Numbered from the stretch's first letter, positions 18,201 through 28,349 are shown. The stretch: DNA of 64,000 nt from an uncultured Gammaproteobacteria bacterium (GCA_965230945.1 OZ246397.1:374284-438283); one strand, 5' to 3'. Notes: generated by a model not told the origin, from the sequence alone. Numbers and translations: made by a program.

Positions 18201-20006
18201 GTGCAAGATAGATGCTATACTTATTTAAAGATGTTAAGGCTTTTTCGTTGCTCTCCATTTAAATGGTTTAGTTTATTTTTAATTGTCTTATTTGTATTTT
18301 TGTTGTTTTATCCCTTTAATTTTGTCGATGCTGTTTGTGAAGTTCCCGACAGTAATGATATTAATATTCTTCAACAAGCTAAAGAAGAATGCCAGAAAGA
18401 AATTGATGCACGGATGGGTGCTCACGAAAAGAATAAACAAACTTTGGCTGATCTAGAGGAGAATCTGGATAAAACAAAAAAGTTGATTAAAAAGATAAGT
18501 ATCCAAATTTTAACTTTAGATGAAAAAATTTCTAAACAAGAGACAGATTTAGATTATCAGGAAGAACTATTAGCAGTAAGAGTGCGTAGTTATTACAAGA
18601 AAAGCCGCCTTTATTCTCCTTTCCTAATTCTTTTAGCTTCTTCTTCCGCCAATGATTTATTTAGAGAACTTTCTTATCGTAAATCAGCTACTGATAGGGA
18701 TAAAGAAATAATTATTAAAATATCACAAGCATTGAAAGAATTAAATGAAGACAAAGAGAAATTAAAAGAAAGTAAAAAATGGATTGCGATGGCAGAGGTA
18801 AAATTGGAGAGAGATACTCTTTCTTTACGTGGAGAAGTTGAGGAGGTAGAATCCTATTTTACTCAAATTTCCGGTAAAATTGCTGAACTAAGTGCCAAGC
18901 AGCAGGCTTTGTTGTCAGAAAAGGCAGGTACTTTTCAAACTACTGTTGGCGATGTGCCTTTGGCCGATGATCCGGCTTCTCGACCTGATTATAATCCTGG
19001 TTTTTCTCCGGCTTTTGCCGCTTTTTCTTTTGGAGCCCCTCACCGAAAAGGAATGAGCCAGTATGGCGCTTTGGGTCGGGCTCAAGCAGGTCAAAATGCG
19101 GAAACAATTCTAAAGGCTTATTATGGAGATGTTCGTATTGAACATCGTGGTTTACCTGAGACGATTGCCACCACCATTGGCACTTTGAATTTTGAGGATA
19201 ATTATTTGAGGGGGATAGCGGAAATGCCCTCTTCTTGGGCTGATAAAGGTGGTTATGAAGCTTTAAAAGCTCAAGCTATTGCCGCTCGTAGTTATGCGAT
19301 CAGGGCCGGTAAGCCCATTTGCGTGACAGAGTCTTGTCAGGTTTACCTTTCTAGTAAGGTTACTAATCCAGCTGCCGCTAAATGGCATCAAGCAGTTTCT
19401 GATACTCGGGGGATAGTAGTTGTTTCTAACCAAAGCAACGATGTTGTTTCTACTTGGTATGCTTCAACTGCCGGCGGTTATCTTTATTCTTATAGCAGTG
19501 TCGGTCACACGACCCCAGGAATTTGGGATACCGCTTGTGGTAATCAGGGCTGCTGGACATCTGAAGCCTGGGGGAAAAAGGCTGACTCGCCTTGGTTTTA
19601 CAAAGGTTGGTATAAATCAAGAAGTGGGGCTACTTGTGGCCGTTCTCATCCCTGGTTAAATCAACAAGAGATGGCTGATATTCTCAATGCCGTTTTGGTT
19701 TATCGTTCCGGACAGGGAACAGAGCATATTTTGCCGGTAGATTATGTTTCTTGTTTTGGTTCAAGTGGTGATCCTTGGTCAATAGATCAAATGAAAAATG
19801 AAGCTAATAGTCGTGGTGGAGCCTTTAGTTCTATAAATGGGGTGAGTGTTAGTTATGGTACTGATGGAAAAACAGCCAAAATTAACTTTAGTACTGATCG
19901 AGGTTCTTTTGAAGTAGGTGGTGAAGAATTTAAAACGGTTTTTAATTTAAGAGCTCCGGCGAGGATTGCTTTGAAGTCAAAACTGTTTAATATTGAACAG
20001 AAATGA
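18201..20006 (+). CDS. SpoIID/LytB-domain protein with N-terminal TM and coiled-coil region
   Basis: SpoIID motifs (SQYGALGRAQAGQNAETILKAYYGDV; EMPSSWADKGGYEALKAQAIAARSYA). A coiled coil spans about residues 60-240. The start is probably the internal MLRLF at 18231. Confidence 0.8.
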   Translation: MQDRCYTYLKMLRLFRCSPFKWFSLFLIVLFVFLLFYPFNFVDAVCEVPDSNDINILQQAKEECQKEIDARMGAHEKNKQTLADLEENLDKTKKLIKKISIQILTLDEKISKQETDLDYQEELLAVRVRSYYKKSRLYSPFLILLASSSANDLFRELSYRKSATDRDKEIIIKISQALKELNEDKEKLKESKKWIAMAEVKLERDTLSLRGEVEEVESYFTQISGKIAELSAKQQALLSEKAGTFQTTVGDVPLADDPASRPDYNPGFSPAFAAFSFGAPHRKGMSQYGALGRAQAGQNAETILKAYYGDVRIEHRGLPETIATTIGTLNFEDNYLRGIAEMPSSWADKGGYEALKAQAIAARSYAIRAGKPICVTESCQVYLSSKVTNPAAAKWHQAVSDTRGIVVVSNQSNDVVSTWYASTAGGYLYSYSSVGHTTPGIWDTACGNQGCWTSEAWGKKADSPWFYKGWYKSRSGATCGRSHPWLNQQEMADILNAVLVYRSGQGTEHILPVDYVSCFGSSGDPWSIDQMKNEANSRGGAFSSINGVSVSYGTDGKTAKINFSTDRGSFEVGGEEFKTVFNLRAPARIALKSKLFNIEQK

Positions 20007-20685
20007 TAAAATATTAGAGGAAAAGATGCCAGATCTATTTGTTGCTCAGAATCATAAAGGAGCCAAGAGAGAGGAAAAGGAACTTATCAAGCCTGAAAAT
20101 AGAGAGGTCATAGAAGGCAAGGGGCCTAAAAGTGCCTTGGCGGCTTTTGCCATTCATCCCAAAAACATTCGCGCCGAAGTTCAGGATAGGGATGAAGAGA
20201 CAATCCTTTTTTTACGTCGTCATCTTATTACCAATGTCGGTTGGATGGTCTTGATCCTTGGTTTAATTATTGTTCCCATTATTGCCTTTAGTTTCTTTCC
20301 CCTTTCTTTTATTCCTCTTAATTTCCGGGTGATGGGGGTTATTGGTTGGTATTTACTTACTTTTGCTTTTGCCTTCGAGCGCTTTTTAAGCTGGCTTTTT
20401 AATGTTTATATTGTTACCGATGAGCGTATTATTGATATGAGTTTTGTTAATATTTTACATAAGGATGTCAGCGAAACCAAAATCGACCGTATTCAAGACA
20501 TTTCTTCTAAAACCAGTGGTTTTGTGAGATCCTTTTTTAGATTTGGTGATGTCCATATTCAAACAGCCGGATCCCTGCCTGAGATTTGTTTTGAAGCCGT
20601 GCCCTACCCAGCTAGTGTAACAGCAGTTTTAAATGATTTGATGATTCAAGAAGAGAAAGAAAAGTTGGAGGGAAGAGTCAAATGA
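19993..20685 (+). CDS. Membrane protein with bacterial PH (YdbS/YdbT-like, bPH_2) domain
   Basis: Two TM helices followed by YIVTDERIIDMSFVNIL...DISSKTSGFVRSFFRFGDVHIQTAG. Confidence 0.55.
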   Translation: MNRNDKILEEKMPDLFVAQNHKGAKREEKELIKPENREVIEGKGPKSALAAFAIHPKNIRAEVQDRDEETILFLRRHLITNVGWMVLILGLIIVPIIAFSFFPLSFIPLNFRVMGVIGWYLLTFAFAFERFLSWLFNVYIVTDERIIDMSFVNILHKDVSETKIDRIQDISSKTSGFVRSFFRFGDVHIQTAGSLPEICFEAVPYPASVTAVLNDLMIQEEKEKLEGRVK

Positions 20686-20927
20686 TACCCTTTGAAGAAT
20701 TTGTGCAAAATCTAGCTGCCTCAGGTCTTAATTTTTGGTTTTTAATTAAAACTCTTTTTATTATTGCTTTAAGTTTGTATTTGGCCTTTGCCGTTATTAT
20801 TGTCCGCCAGGTAAAGATAATGTTTGAGACCTTAAAAGGGATGTTGGATTGGCCGATAAAACTGGTAGCCTGGATTCATTTGGGGGTGGCCGTTTTTGTT
20901 TTTGTTTTGTCAATCGTCATTTTGTAA
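20682..20927 (+). CDS. Small membrane protein (2 TM)
   Basis: 81 aa hydrophobic protein; its start overlaps the upstream stop as ATGA. Confidence 0.45.
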   Translation: MIPFEEFVQNLAASGLNFWFLIKTLFIIALSLYLAFAVIIVRQVKIMFETLKGMLDWPIKLVAWIHLGVAVFVFVLSIVIL

Positions 20928-20930
20928 AGC

Positions 20931-22799
20931 ATGGATGATTTTCTGCTCCACTCAGCCAAGATTGTTAGCACGCCTACTAAAGAAAGCGGTTCCTGGATCC
21001 ATATCTTTTCTCCTCAGCAATTAGATCAAAAAGAGAAATTAGCCAAACGTGGCCAGCTTTTGGCGGTTATTAGTTTGAATAATTTTAAGACTGAAGGAGA
21101 GATTGCCGTTGTCGGTAAGGAGATTATTTCCCGACTCCAGGAAGAATATTACGGGGATTTATCGGAGTCGGCCTTTAAGCATTTACAAGCGTCGGTTAAT
21201 AAAATAGTTGCTGAAACGAAGGAGGAAAATTTTCTTTTAAGTATTGGTGCGGTGGTAATTTTAGGTGGGGTTTTGTATGCCGTTATTAACGATGGGGGAA
21301 AACTGGTTATCCATCGTCAAGGAGAGATCCATTCTATTTTAAGTGAGAAAGATGTTCTTAGTGGTTACCTTCAGCCGGGAGATAGCTTTTTATTAGGAAG
21401 CAGTGATTTTTTTAGATTAGTTGATGAAGAGAATCTGAAAAACGCCTTAAGAAATTCTCCTCAAGAAGGAGTCGAAATTTTAGCTCCCTTAGTTCATGAA
21501 CAACAAACGGGTGGAGCAGCGGCAGTTATCTTTAGAGTTTTTCAAAAACCCAAGGAGGAAGAAAAAGAACTTTCTTCCTCTGAGGTGGTAAGTGTTAGTA
21601 AAAAAACGAGTTCTTTTTCAGTCCTCTTCTCTAATATAAAAGATAAAATCTTTTCTTGTTTGGAATTGGGCATACGCCAGGTTAAAAAACGAGCTATTTA
21701 TTTAAAAACCAATAAGGAAAAATCTTTTCGTTCTCAAAAGAATTTAATGAGCGTGGCTTTGATTTTACTGGCTCTTTTGGCTGTCAGTGTCTTTTTTGGC
21801 ATGAGGCAAAGAGAAAAACTGGGGTTAAATAAGGAAGCCCAGGTTTTGTTTAAGCAAGCCCAGATGAAGAAAGAGGAGGGTGAAGCTCTCCTTAGTCTTA
21901 ATCCAGCCAAATCGAGACAGCTTTTATTGGAATCCAAAGATTTAATAGATCAGATGAATAAAGATCTTAAAAACCAACAATTTTTGCAGTTTAAGGAAGA
22001 GTTAGAAAAAGTTCTTTCAGAAATTTTGCAGGAACATGAAGTAACAGGAAAGCTGCTTTTTGATTTAGAAATAATTAAGGCAGAGGCTTTCGGAAATCGC
22101 TTATCGTTTCTCTCAGATAGACTGATTATCTTAGATAAGAAACAAAGTTCAGTTTATAGTTTAGGTATGCAGGGTGAAGGGTCGGTTATCCTGGCTGGGG
22201 GCGAGAAACTTAAAGAGGCGAATTTGCTGGCAGTGGCTGGAGAAAAGGCTTATGTTTTAGGTAAGGAAGGTATTTTAAAAGCTGGCAAAACCTCAGAACT
22301 TTTGTTGGAAAAAGATTCTCAGTGGTCAACGATTTTAGATATGAAAGGTTTTGCTAATAATCTTTATTTACTTGATGCTCAAGGTGAAATTTGGAAGTAT
22401 CCCTTTTTGGAAACAGAATTTGGCAGCAAGCAAAGGTGGTTAAAGGAAGCGGTTGATCTTAATAAAGCTTTGTCCATGACCATTGATGGATCGGTTTGGG
22501 TACTTTTAAGCGACGGGAATATCTTAAGATTTACCCAAGGCAGCTTGAATTATTTTAAAATTACCGGTTTGGAAAAAGATTTTTTCAATGCCAGCCTTAT
22601 TTACACTGATTTTGATGCCAAAAATCTTTATATCTTAGATAAGGGTAATTCAAGAGTCGTCGTTATTGATAAATCAGGAGAATACAAGGCTGAGTATCAT
22701 TGGTCAGAGATATCTCAGACCAATGACTTGCTTGTTTTAGAAGATGAAGGTAAAATCTTTCTTTTAATGGGAAGTAAGGTTTTTACCCTTAACTTATAA
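20931..22799 (+). CDS. Hypothetical membrane-anchored protein (622 aa, one central TM)
   Basis: Long ORF. Confidence 0.5.
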   Translation: MDDFLLHSAKIVSTPTKESGSWIHIFSPQQLDQKEKLAKRGQLLAVISLNNFKTEGEIAVVGKEIISRLQEEYYGDLSESAFKHLQASVNKIVAETKEENFLLSIGAVVILGGVLYAVINDGGKLVIHRQGEIHSILSEKDVLSGYLQPGDSFLLGSSDFFRLVDEENLKNALRNSPQEGVEILAPLVHEQQTGGAAAVIFRVFQKPKEEEKELSSSEVVSVSKKTSSFSVLFSNIKDKIFSCLELGIRQVKKRAIYLKTNKEKSFRSQKNLMSVALILLALLAVSVFFGMRQREKLGLNKEAQVLFKQAQMKKEEGEALLSLNPAKSRQLLLESKDLIDQMNKDLKNQQFLQFKEELEKVLSEILQEHEVTGKLLFDLEIIKAEAFGNRLSFLSDRLIILDKKQSSVYSLGMQGEGSVILAGGEKLKEANLLAVAGEKAYVLGKEGILKAGKTSELLLEKDSQWSTILDMKGFANNLYLLDAQGEIWKYPFLETEFGSKQRWLKEAVDLNKALSMTIDGSVWVLLSDGNILRFTQGSLNYFKITGLEKDFFNASLIYTDFDAKNLYILDKGNSRVVVIDKSGEYKAEYHWSEISQTNDLLVLEDEGKIFLLMGSKVFTLNL

Positions 22800-23233
22800 T
22801 GAAGATTGTTAACCGCAGAGCTCGCTTTCAGTATCAGATCATAGAGAAGTTTGAAGCCGGTCTTATTCTAACAGGAGCGGAAGTGAAATCTGTCAAAAGC
22901 GGACATTTTAAACTAGAAGAAGCCTTCGTGCGCATTAAAGATAATGAAGCCTGGCTTTACAATGCTCATATTCATCCTTATGCTTTTTCGGATAATAAAA
23001 AATATGACCCGAGAAGAGCAAGGAAGCTACTTTTGCATAAAAATCAGCTTTTAAAATTGGAGCAAAAATTAAACCGAAAAAACTTGACTGTGGTGCCTGT
23101 TTCGTGTTACACTAAGCACAATAAAATCAAGTTAGAGATAGCTTTGGCGAGAGGAAAAAAACAGTACGAAAAAAGAGAAGCCATCAAGAAAAAAGATTTA
23201 CAAAGAGAAATAAAGATAAAAATTAAATTATAA
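22799..23233 (+). CDS. smpB: SsrA-binding protein SmpB
   Basis: MKIVNRRARFQYQIIEKFEAGLILTGAEVKSVK...KLLLHKNQLLKL is a full-length SmpB signature. Confidence 0.93.
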   Translation: MKIVNRRARFQYQIIEKFEAGLILTGAEVKSVKSGHFKLEEAFVRIKDNEAWLYNAHIHPYAFSDNKKYDPRRARKLLLHKNQLLKLEQKLNRKNLTVVPVSCYTKHNKIKLEIALARGKKQYEKREAIKKKDLQREIKIKIKL

Positions 23234-23238
23234 TTTTT

Positions 23239-23583
23239 GGGGATGTAAGAATCGACGGAAAAGTTCTTTAAAAGACTGCAGGCCGAGAATGATACTGCTC
23301 GTTAAAGTGTATCGAAAACAATTGGCGTAAATAAAAACGCTCCTGTTTACGCATACGCTTAAACAGTGCCCATTTTCTTCTTTCTTGGTGGGATGAATGG
23401 GTATCAACAAAGCCAAGATGCGATCTTAATGTTTGATTCACATTAAGGTTTAAGCCTGAGAATCTTTACCTTAACTTTCCGGTCAACAGGATCAGGTTAA
23501 GGCGAGAATTAAAAGTTGACTAAGCTTGTAGAAGTTTTTTAATAATTTTTTCGGACCCCGTTTCATCGCGGGCATCTCCACCA
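23239..23583 (+). ncRNA. ssrA: tmRNA (SsrA)
   Basis: The 5' end GGGGATGTAAGAATCGACGG matches tmRNA 5' ends. The 3' end GACTAAGCTTGTAGAAG...TTTCGGACCCCGTTTCATCGCGGGCATCTCCACCA matches the tmRNA tRNA-like domain and encodes CCA. The acceptor pairs GGGGATG with CATCTCC. It lies immediately 3' of smpB. Confidence 0.8.
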
Positions 23584-23615
23584 AGAAACTGTCGGATTTA
23601 CCGGCAGTTTTTTTA

Positions 23616-24296
23616 TTGATTATGTTTTTACTTAATCTTTTGTTTCCTAAAATTTGCTTGGGTTGTGGCAAATGGGGCAACTATCTTTGCTCTGATTGTC
23701 AAAAAAAGATAAAACCAGTTGTTAATCAAATTTGTCCTCTTTGTCGTTTACCTAGTTTTAAAGGCAAAACCCATCCTGTTTGTCAGAAAAAAGAATCTTT
23801 AGATGGATTAATCTCTCTTTTTTATTACAGGGGTTTGATAAGAAAAGTAATTTCCAGATTAAAATATAGATTTGTTAAGGATTTAAAAGGGGAGTTGAGT
23901 AATCTTTTAATTAAAAATATATTTTTACAAAAACCTTCTTTTTTAAAAGATTCTTCTTTGATTTTAATTCCCGTGCCACTTCATAAAAAAAGGCAAAACT
24001 TTCGTGGTTTTAATCAAACAGAGATCTTAGGTCAGGATTTAGCTTTGTTTTTTAATTGGCAGTTTAAGCCTCGTTTATTAGAAAGAACAAGAAATATCTT
24101 ACCCCAGGTTTCTTTAAACAAAGAACAGAGAATAAGAAACATTAAAGGAGCTTTTGAAATTAATGGTTCGGTTAAAGGTTTAAATTTTTTAATTTTTGAT
24201 GATGTTTGGACGACTGGTTCCACTCTAAAAGAGATGGCTTTAGTTTTAAAGAAAAACAAGGCTAAAAAGGTCTGGGGGTTAACGATTTGCCGCTAA
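23616..24296 (+). CDS. comFC: ComF-family protein (ComFC-like phosphoribosyltransferase with N-terminal zinc ribbon)
   Basis: N-terminal CxxC...CxxC pairs and a PRTase motif FLIFDDVWTTGSTLKEMA. Confidence 0.8.
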   Translation: MIMFLLNLLFPKICLGCGKWGNYLCSDCQKKIKPVVNQICPLCRLPSFKGKTHPVCQKKESLDGLISLFYYRGLIRKVISRLKYRFVKDLKGELSNLLIKNIFLQKPSFLKDSSLILIPVPLHKKRQNFRGFNQTEILGQDLALFFNWQFKPRLLERTRNILPQVSLNKEQRIRNIKGAFEINGSVKGLNFLIFDDVWTTGSTLKEMALVLKKNKAKKVWGLTICR

Positions 24297-24317
24297 AAAT
24301 GTTATAATCAAGTTCAA

Positions 24318-24404
24318 GGAGGAGTCGCATAGTCGGTCCATTGCGGGAGTTTGCTAAATTCCTGAGCCGCAAGGCTCACGTGGGTTCGAATCCCACCTCC
24401 TCCG
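24318..24404 (+). tRNA. tRNA-Ser (anticodon GCU)
   Basis: Acceptor GGAGGAG/CTCCTCC. Anticodon stem-loop GGAGT-TTGCTAA-ATTCC. Long variable arm, T-loop TTCGAAT, no encoded CCA. Confidence 0.8.
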
Positions 24405-24416
24405 CTTAAAATTTGA

Positions 24417-24503
24417 GGTGGGATGCCGGAGCGGTTTAACGGCCCGGTCTTGAAAACCGAGGAGGGTGTAAATCCTACGTGAGTTCGAATCTCACTCCCA
24501 CCG
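24417..24503 (+). tRNA. tRNA-Ser (anticodon UGA)
   Basis: Acceptor GGTGGGA/TCCCACC. Anticodon loop CTTGAAA, long variable arm, T-loop TTCGAAT. Confidence 0.75.
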
Positions 24504-24530
24504 CTTCCATGTTATAATTAATTTGGAAAG

Positions 24531-25061
24531 ATGCCTGCTCAAAATAAAACCAGATCAAGTACATTAACAACAAAGGTAGAGCCATTGAAGGTATTACTTG
24601 AATGGCAGGCCTCATCTAGAGTTTTTAAAGAGAAAAGTAGAGAGGCAATTACTACCATTGGAGCCATTTTAATTTTGGTTGGTATCATCCTCATTTTTCT
24701 AAAGGAATGGTTTTTGATTGCCGTCATTATTGCCCTGGCTTTCTTTTTTTATATCTTAAGTACTGTTAAACCAGAAAAAATTACTCATCAAATTAGCAAT
24801 AAAGGAATAGTCACTGGCGGTAAGAATTATCCTTGGGAACAGCTTTTAAGGTTTTGGTTTGAAGATCAAGGAGGGCAAGTCATTCTTTATGTTGATGGTT
24901 TTGAGAGATTTGCTTTTCGCTTAATGCTCCTTTTGGATGACAAAAAACCTCAAGATTTAAAAAAGATTCTTGCCGATTATCTTCCGGAAGAAAAGCCACC
25001 GCAGAATTGGGCTGATAAAGCTGGCAGTTGGATTTCTGATCAGATTCCTTTAGGTAAATAA
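24531..25061 (+). CDS. Hypothetical membrane protein (176 aa)
   Basis: ORF with a two-TM hairpin. Confidence 0.45.
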   Translation: MPAQNKTRSSTLTTKVEPLKVLLEWQASSRVFKEKSREAITTIGAILILVGIILIFLKEWFLIAVIIALAFFFYILSTVKPEKITHQISNKGIVTGGKNYPWEQLLRFWFEDQGGQVILYVDGFERFAFRLMLLLDDKKPQDLKKILADYLPEEKPPQNWADKAGSWISDQIPLGK

Positions 25062-25064
25062 TTT

Positions 25065-25138
25065 GTACCCGTAGCTCAACGGATTAGAGCGCGGCCCTGC
25101 GGAGGCCGAGGTTAGAGGTTCGAGTCCTCTCGGGTACG
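25065..25138 (+). tRNA. tRNA-Arg (anticodon read as GCG)
   Basis: Canonical cloverleaf GTACCCG-TA-GCTC-AACGGATTA-GAGC-G-CGGCC-CTGCGGA-GGCCG-AGGTT-AGAGG-TTCGAGT-CCTCT-CGGGTAC-G. Confidence 0.7.
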
Positions 25139-25157
25139 CACGTTTCTGCCATTTTAA

Positions 25158-25243
25158 GGAGGAGTGGCAGAGTGGTAATGCGATCGCCTCGAAAGCGATG
25201 GGGTTTTTAACCCTTGCAGGTTCGAATCCTGTCTCCTCCGCCA
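25158..25243 (+). tRNA. tRNA-Ser (anticodon CGA), CCA encoded
   Basis: Acceptor GGAGGAG. Anticodon stem-loop ATCGC-CTCGAAA-GCGAT. Long variable arm; the 3' end is ...CTCCTCC-G-CCA. Confidence 0.78.
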
Positions 25244-25244
25244 A

Positions 25245-25317
25245 GCCCTTGTAGCTTAAAGGATAAAGCAGTGGCTTCCGGAGCCAAAGATTAGAGGTTC
25301 GAGTCCTCTCAGGGGTA
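25245..25317 (+). tRNA. tRNA-Arg (anticodon CCG)
   Basis: Acceptor GCCCTTG/CAGGGGT with two G-U pairs. D-arm GCTT-AAAGGATA-AAGC. Anticodon loop TTCCGGA. T-arm identical to the 25065 tRNA. Confidence 0.65.
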
Positions 25318-25325
25318 CTTAGAAG

Positions 25326-25775
25326 ATGGAAAAAACTAAAAAAGAACTTTTAGCTGGTGAAGTGGTTTTTAAAAGGATAGGGAAAGAGATTCTTTGGTTA
25401 CTAATTAAGTCTAAAGAAAATGATCAATGGTCTCTTTCTAAAGATTACCTTAAGGGAGTGGAAAGTTCAGTGGCCGCTGCCAAAAGAGGGGTTAAAGAAG
25501 AAGTAGGGATAGAGACAGAGATTTTAGAAAAAATAGGTAACGAAAACTATTTCTTTTATGAAAACAAGCAAAGGACTTTTAAAACCGTCATTTTTTATTT
25601 AATGAGGCATCTTGAGGATATCAAAGATGACTTTCACCGGGAGACAAAAAAGATTGGCTGGTTCCCTTATTTCAAGGCTAAAAAAAGATTGGCCCTTGAA
25701 AAAGAAAAAGAGATTTTAAAAAAGGCTAAAGAGATTTTAAGACAAAAGGAAAGGCAGTTAAGATTAACAAAATAG
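25326..25775 (+). CDS. NUDIX-family hydrolase (divergent Nudix box)
   Basis: GVESSVAAAKRGVKEEVGIE resembles the Nudix box GX5EX7REUXEEXGU. Confidence 0.5.
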   Translation: MEKTKKELLAGEVVFKRIGKEILWLLIKSKENDQWSLSKDYLKGVESSVAAAKRGVKEEVGIETEILEKIGNENYFFYENKQRTFKTVIFYLMRHLEDIKDDFHRETKKIGWFPYFKAKKRLALEKEKEILKKAKEILRQKERQLRLTK

Positions 25776-25862
25776 GGAGGAGTCGCATAGCGGCCTAGTG
25801 CCCGTGCTTGGAAAGCGCTGGGGGATGAAAGTCCCACGTGGGTTCAAATCCCACCTCCTCCG
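25776..25862 (+). tRNA. tRNA-Ser (anticodon GGA)
   Basis: Acceptor GGAGGAG/CTCCTCC. Anticodon loop TTGGAAA, long variable arm, T-loop TTCAAAT. Confidence 0.7.
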
Positions 25863-25869
25863 CTCATAG

Positions 25870-26502
25870 ATGAATAAAGTTATTCGTTTACTGCTATTAG
25901 GTGATGTTGTCATTTTTACCGGCTTTGGTTTATCGGCGCCGGTTTTGGCTATTTTTATTGCCGATCGGTTGCCGGAAGGGAATATTTTTATGGTTGGTAT
26001 TGCCACCGCCTTGTACTTTATTATCAAGGCCTTTATTCAGGTTCCTTTTTCCCGCTATATAGATGCCCATGATGATATTAAAGCTTTGCGGTGGCTTTTA
26101 GCAGGTACTTTTTTAATGGTTATTGTTCCTTTTATTTATATGATTGCCAATCATGTTTATTGGATTTTTCTTGCTCAGATTATCTATGGAATTGGCCATG
26201 GTCTTTATTCTCCTTCCTGGCTAGGCTTATGGAGTGTTCATCTAGATGAAGGTCATGAGAGTTTCGAATGGAGTAGTGAGTCTGGTTTGGTTGGTTTAGG
26301 AGCGGCCATAACAGCTTTAATTGGGGCCGCTGTTGCCCAATATATTGGTTTTAGAATAACCTTTCTTTTGGCCGGTATTGTTTGTTTTATTGGCGGTTCA
26401 ATTTTAATTACCCTAAGTCACCAAAAAGTGAGAAGGGGCAAGCTAGTTAGTAAGCAATGGCTTTATTATTTTAAAAAAAAGTTGCTTCAGGGTAGAAATT
26501 AA
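25870..26502 (+). CDS. Hypothetical polytopic membrane protein (6 TM; half-transporter-like)
   Basis: 210-aa hydrophobic ORF. Confidence 0.45.
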   Translation: MNKVIRLLLLGDVVIFTGFGLSAPVLAIFIADRLPEGNIFMVGIATALYFIIKAFIQVPFSRYIDAHDDIKALRWLLAGTFLMVIVPFIYMIANHVYWIFLAQIIYGIGHGLYSPSWLGLWSVHLDEGHESFEWSSESGLVGLGAAITALIGAAVAQYIGFRITFLLAGIVCFIGGSILITLSHQKVRRGKLVSKQWLYYFKKKLLQGRN

Positions 26503-26550
26503 TGCGTTTATTTTGCGGTAGATATGCGGTAAATATTTACAAGGAGTGTC

Positions 26551-28347
26551 ATGGACCAGCTAGAAGAGATTAAAAAAAGAATTGACATAGTTAACTTTAT
26601 CGGTCAATATTTAGATTTAAAAAAGGCGGGTAGGAATTTTAAAGCCATTTGCCCTTTCCATCAAGAAAAAACACCTTCTTTTATTGTTTCTCCTGAGCGT
26701 CAAATTTGGCATTGTTTTGGCCAATGTGGCGAAGGGGGAGATATTTTTGGTTTTTTAATGAAAATGGAGAATTTGGATTTTGCCGAAGCGGTTAAAGAAT
26801 TGGCCAAAAAAGCCGGTGTTAAATTAACTCAGTATCGACCTGCAGGCGGAGAAAGAAAAAAACAACTTTGGTACGAGATTAATCATTTGACAGCAGAATT
26901 TTATCATTATCTTTTAGTAAATCATCCAGTCGGTAAAAAAGCTTTGCATTATATTTTAGGTCGGGGAGTTAGTAAAGAGTCGATTAAACTTTTTAAAATT
27001 GGCTTTAGCCCAGATACTTGGCGGAATTTACAGGCTTTTTTAATTAGAAAGAAGCATTATTCGCCAGAAGACTTAGAAAAGACTGGTTTAATTATTAAAA
27101 GCGAATCAGGTAAATATTATGATCGTTTCCGGGGCCGATTAATTTTTCCCTTAAAAGATCATCGGGGTAATATTTGTGGTTTTTCAGGAAGAATTCTTAC
27201 TCAGGAAGCCAAAGAAGCCAAATATGTTAATACTCCCGAAACGCCTCTTTATCATAAATCTGATCTTTTGTATGGTCTTTTTGAAGCAAAAGAAGCCATT
27301 AAGGAAAAGGATCAAATTATTTTAGTAGAGGGCGAGCTTGATGTTATATCTTCTTATCAGGTGGGGGTTAAGAACGTGGTTGCCATCAAGGGTTCGGCTT
27401 TAACAGAAAGTCAGGTAAAATTATTGGAGAGGCTTACCAAAAACATTGTTTTTGCTTTAGATCAAGATGCCGCTGGTGATCAGGCTTCAAGAAGGGGGAT
27501 TGAGATTGCCGATAAAGCCGAGATGGATATCAATGTCGTTGAGCTTAAAAAAGGTAAAGATCCTGATGAACTGGCTCAGAAAAATCCTCATCTTTGGAAA
27601 AAACTTGTCAAAGAATCAGTGCCTGTTTATGACTACTTTATTAATTCAGCCCTCAATCGTTTCAAGCCAGAAACAATTGCTGGTAAAAGAAAAATCAGTC
27701 AAGAGTTAATACCCCTTTTAAGCAAAATTAATAATGAAATTATTCGTGCTCATTACGCTCGTTTATTAGCTGATAAATTAAAAGTTTCTCAAGAGTCAAT
27801 TTTAGAAGAAATGGCGAGATTAGAGAGCAGCCAGCGGCCAGAATACGAATCATCATCAGAAGAGCAAGATAAAGGAAGTAAAAAAAGCAGACGGGAAGTT
27901 CTGGAAGAATATCTTTTATCTTTGGCTTTTCATTCGGGTAATTGGCAGTTTTTGAAGAAGAGAAAAGTTGCTAGTTTGATTAAAACCTACCGTTTACAAA
28001 GAATTTTAGAAACTTTAAAGCGTTATTTTAAAAAGTACAAGACGATAGAGAGCGGTAGATTGGCGAAAATGCTTGACCCGGAGCTTTTAGACACCTTTGA
28101 TGCTTTTTATTTGGCTGACTTAGGAAATCTAACAGAAAGTGAAGAGAAATTAAACACTGAATTTGAAAAAACCTTAAAGAGACTGAAAAAGACGGATTTA
28201 TTAGAGAAATTAAAGTTAATTAGTGATAAAATAAAGATTCTAGAGAAGCAAGTTAAGCCTTCTTCCAAAGGACAGAAGAATTTAGATAAACTTTATATTG
28301 AATTTCGTGATTTTTCAGCTGAGTTAGCTGAGTTTGAGAAAGAATAA
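26551..28347 (+). CDS. dnaG: DNA primase
   Basis: CHC2 zinc finger ([34 protein letters not shown]) and a Toprim region ([11 protein letters not shown]). Confidence 0.92.
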   Translation: MDQLEEIKKRIDIVNFIGQYLDLKKAGRNFKAICPFHQEKTPSFIVSPERQIWHCFGQCGEGGDIFGFLMKMENLDFAEAVKELAKKAGVKLTQYRPAGGERKKQLWYEINHLTAEFYHYLLVNHPVGKKALHYILGRGVSKESIKLFKIGFSPDTWRNLQAFLIRKKHYSPEDLEKTGLIIKSESGKYYDRFRGRLIFPLKDHRGNICGFSGRILTQEAKEAKYVNTPETPLYHKSDLLYGLFEAKEAIKEKDQIILVEGELDVISSYQVGVKNVVAIKGSALTESQVKLLERLTKNIVFALDQDAAGDQASRRGIEIADKAEMDINVVELKKGKDPDELAQKNPHLWKKLVKESVPVYDYFINSALNRFKPETIAGKRKISQELIPLLSKINNEIIRAHYARLLADKLKVSQESILEEMARLESSQRPEYESSSEEQDKGSKKSRREVLEEYLLSLAFHSGNWQFLKKRKVASLIKTYRLQRILETLKRYFKKYKTIESGRLAKMLDPELLDTFDAFYLADLGNLTESEEKLNTEFEKTLKRLKKTDLLEKLKLISDKIKILEKQVKPSSKGQKNLDKLYIEFRDFSAELAEFEKE

Positions 28348-28349
28348 CG

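Noticed and set aside
23228-23680. ORFs 23228-23416(-) and 23492-23680(-)
   Set aside because: They overlap the tmRNA (ssrA) gene, and the RNA interpretation accounts for the whole region.
25050-26027. ORFs 25050-25244(-) and 25764-26027(-)
   Set aside because: They overlap tRNA-Arg and tRNA-Ser genes on the opposite strand and are artefacts of the tRNA cluster.
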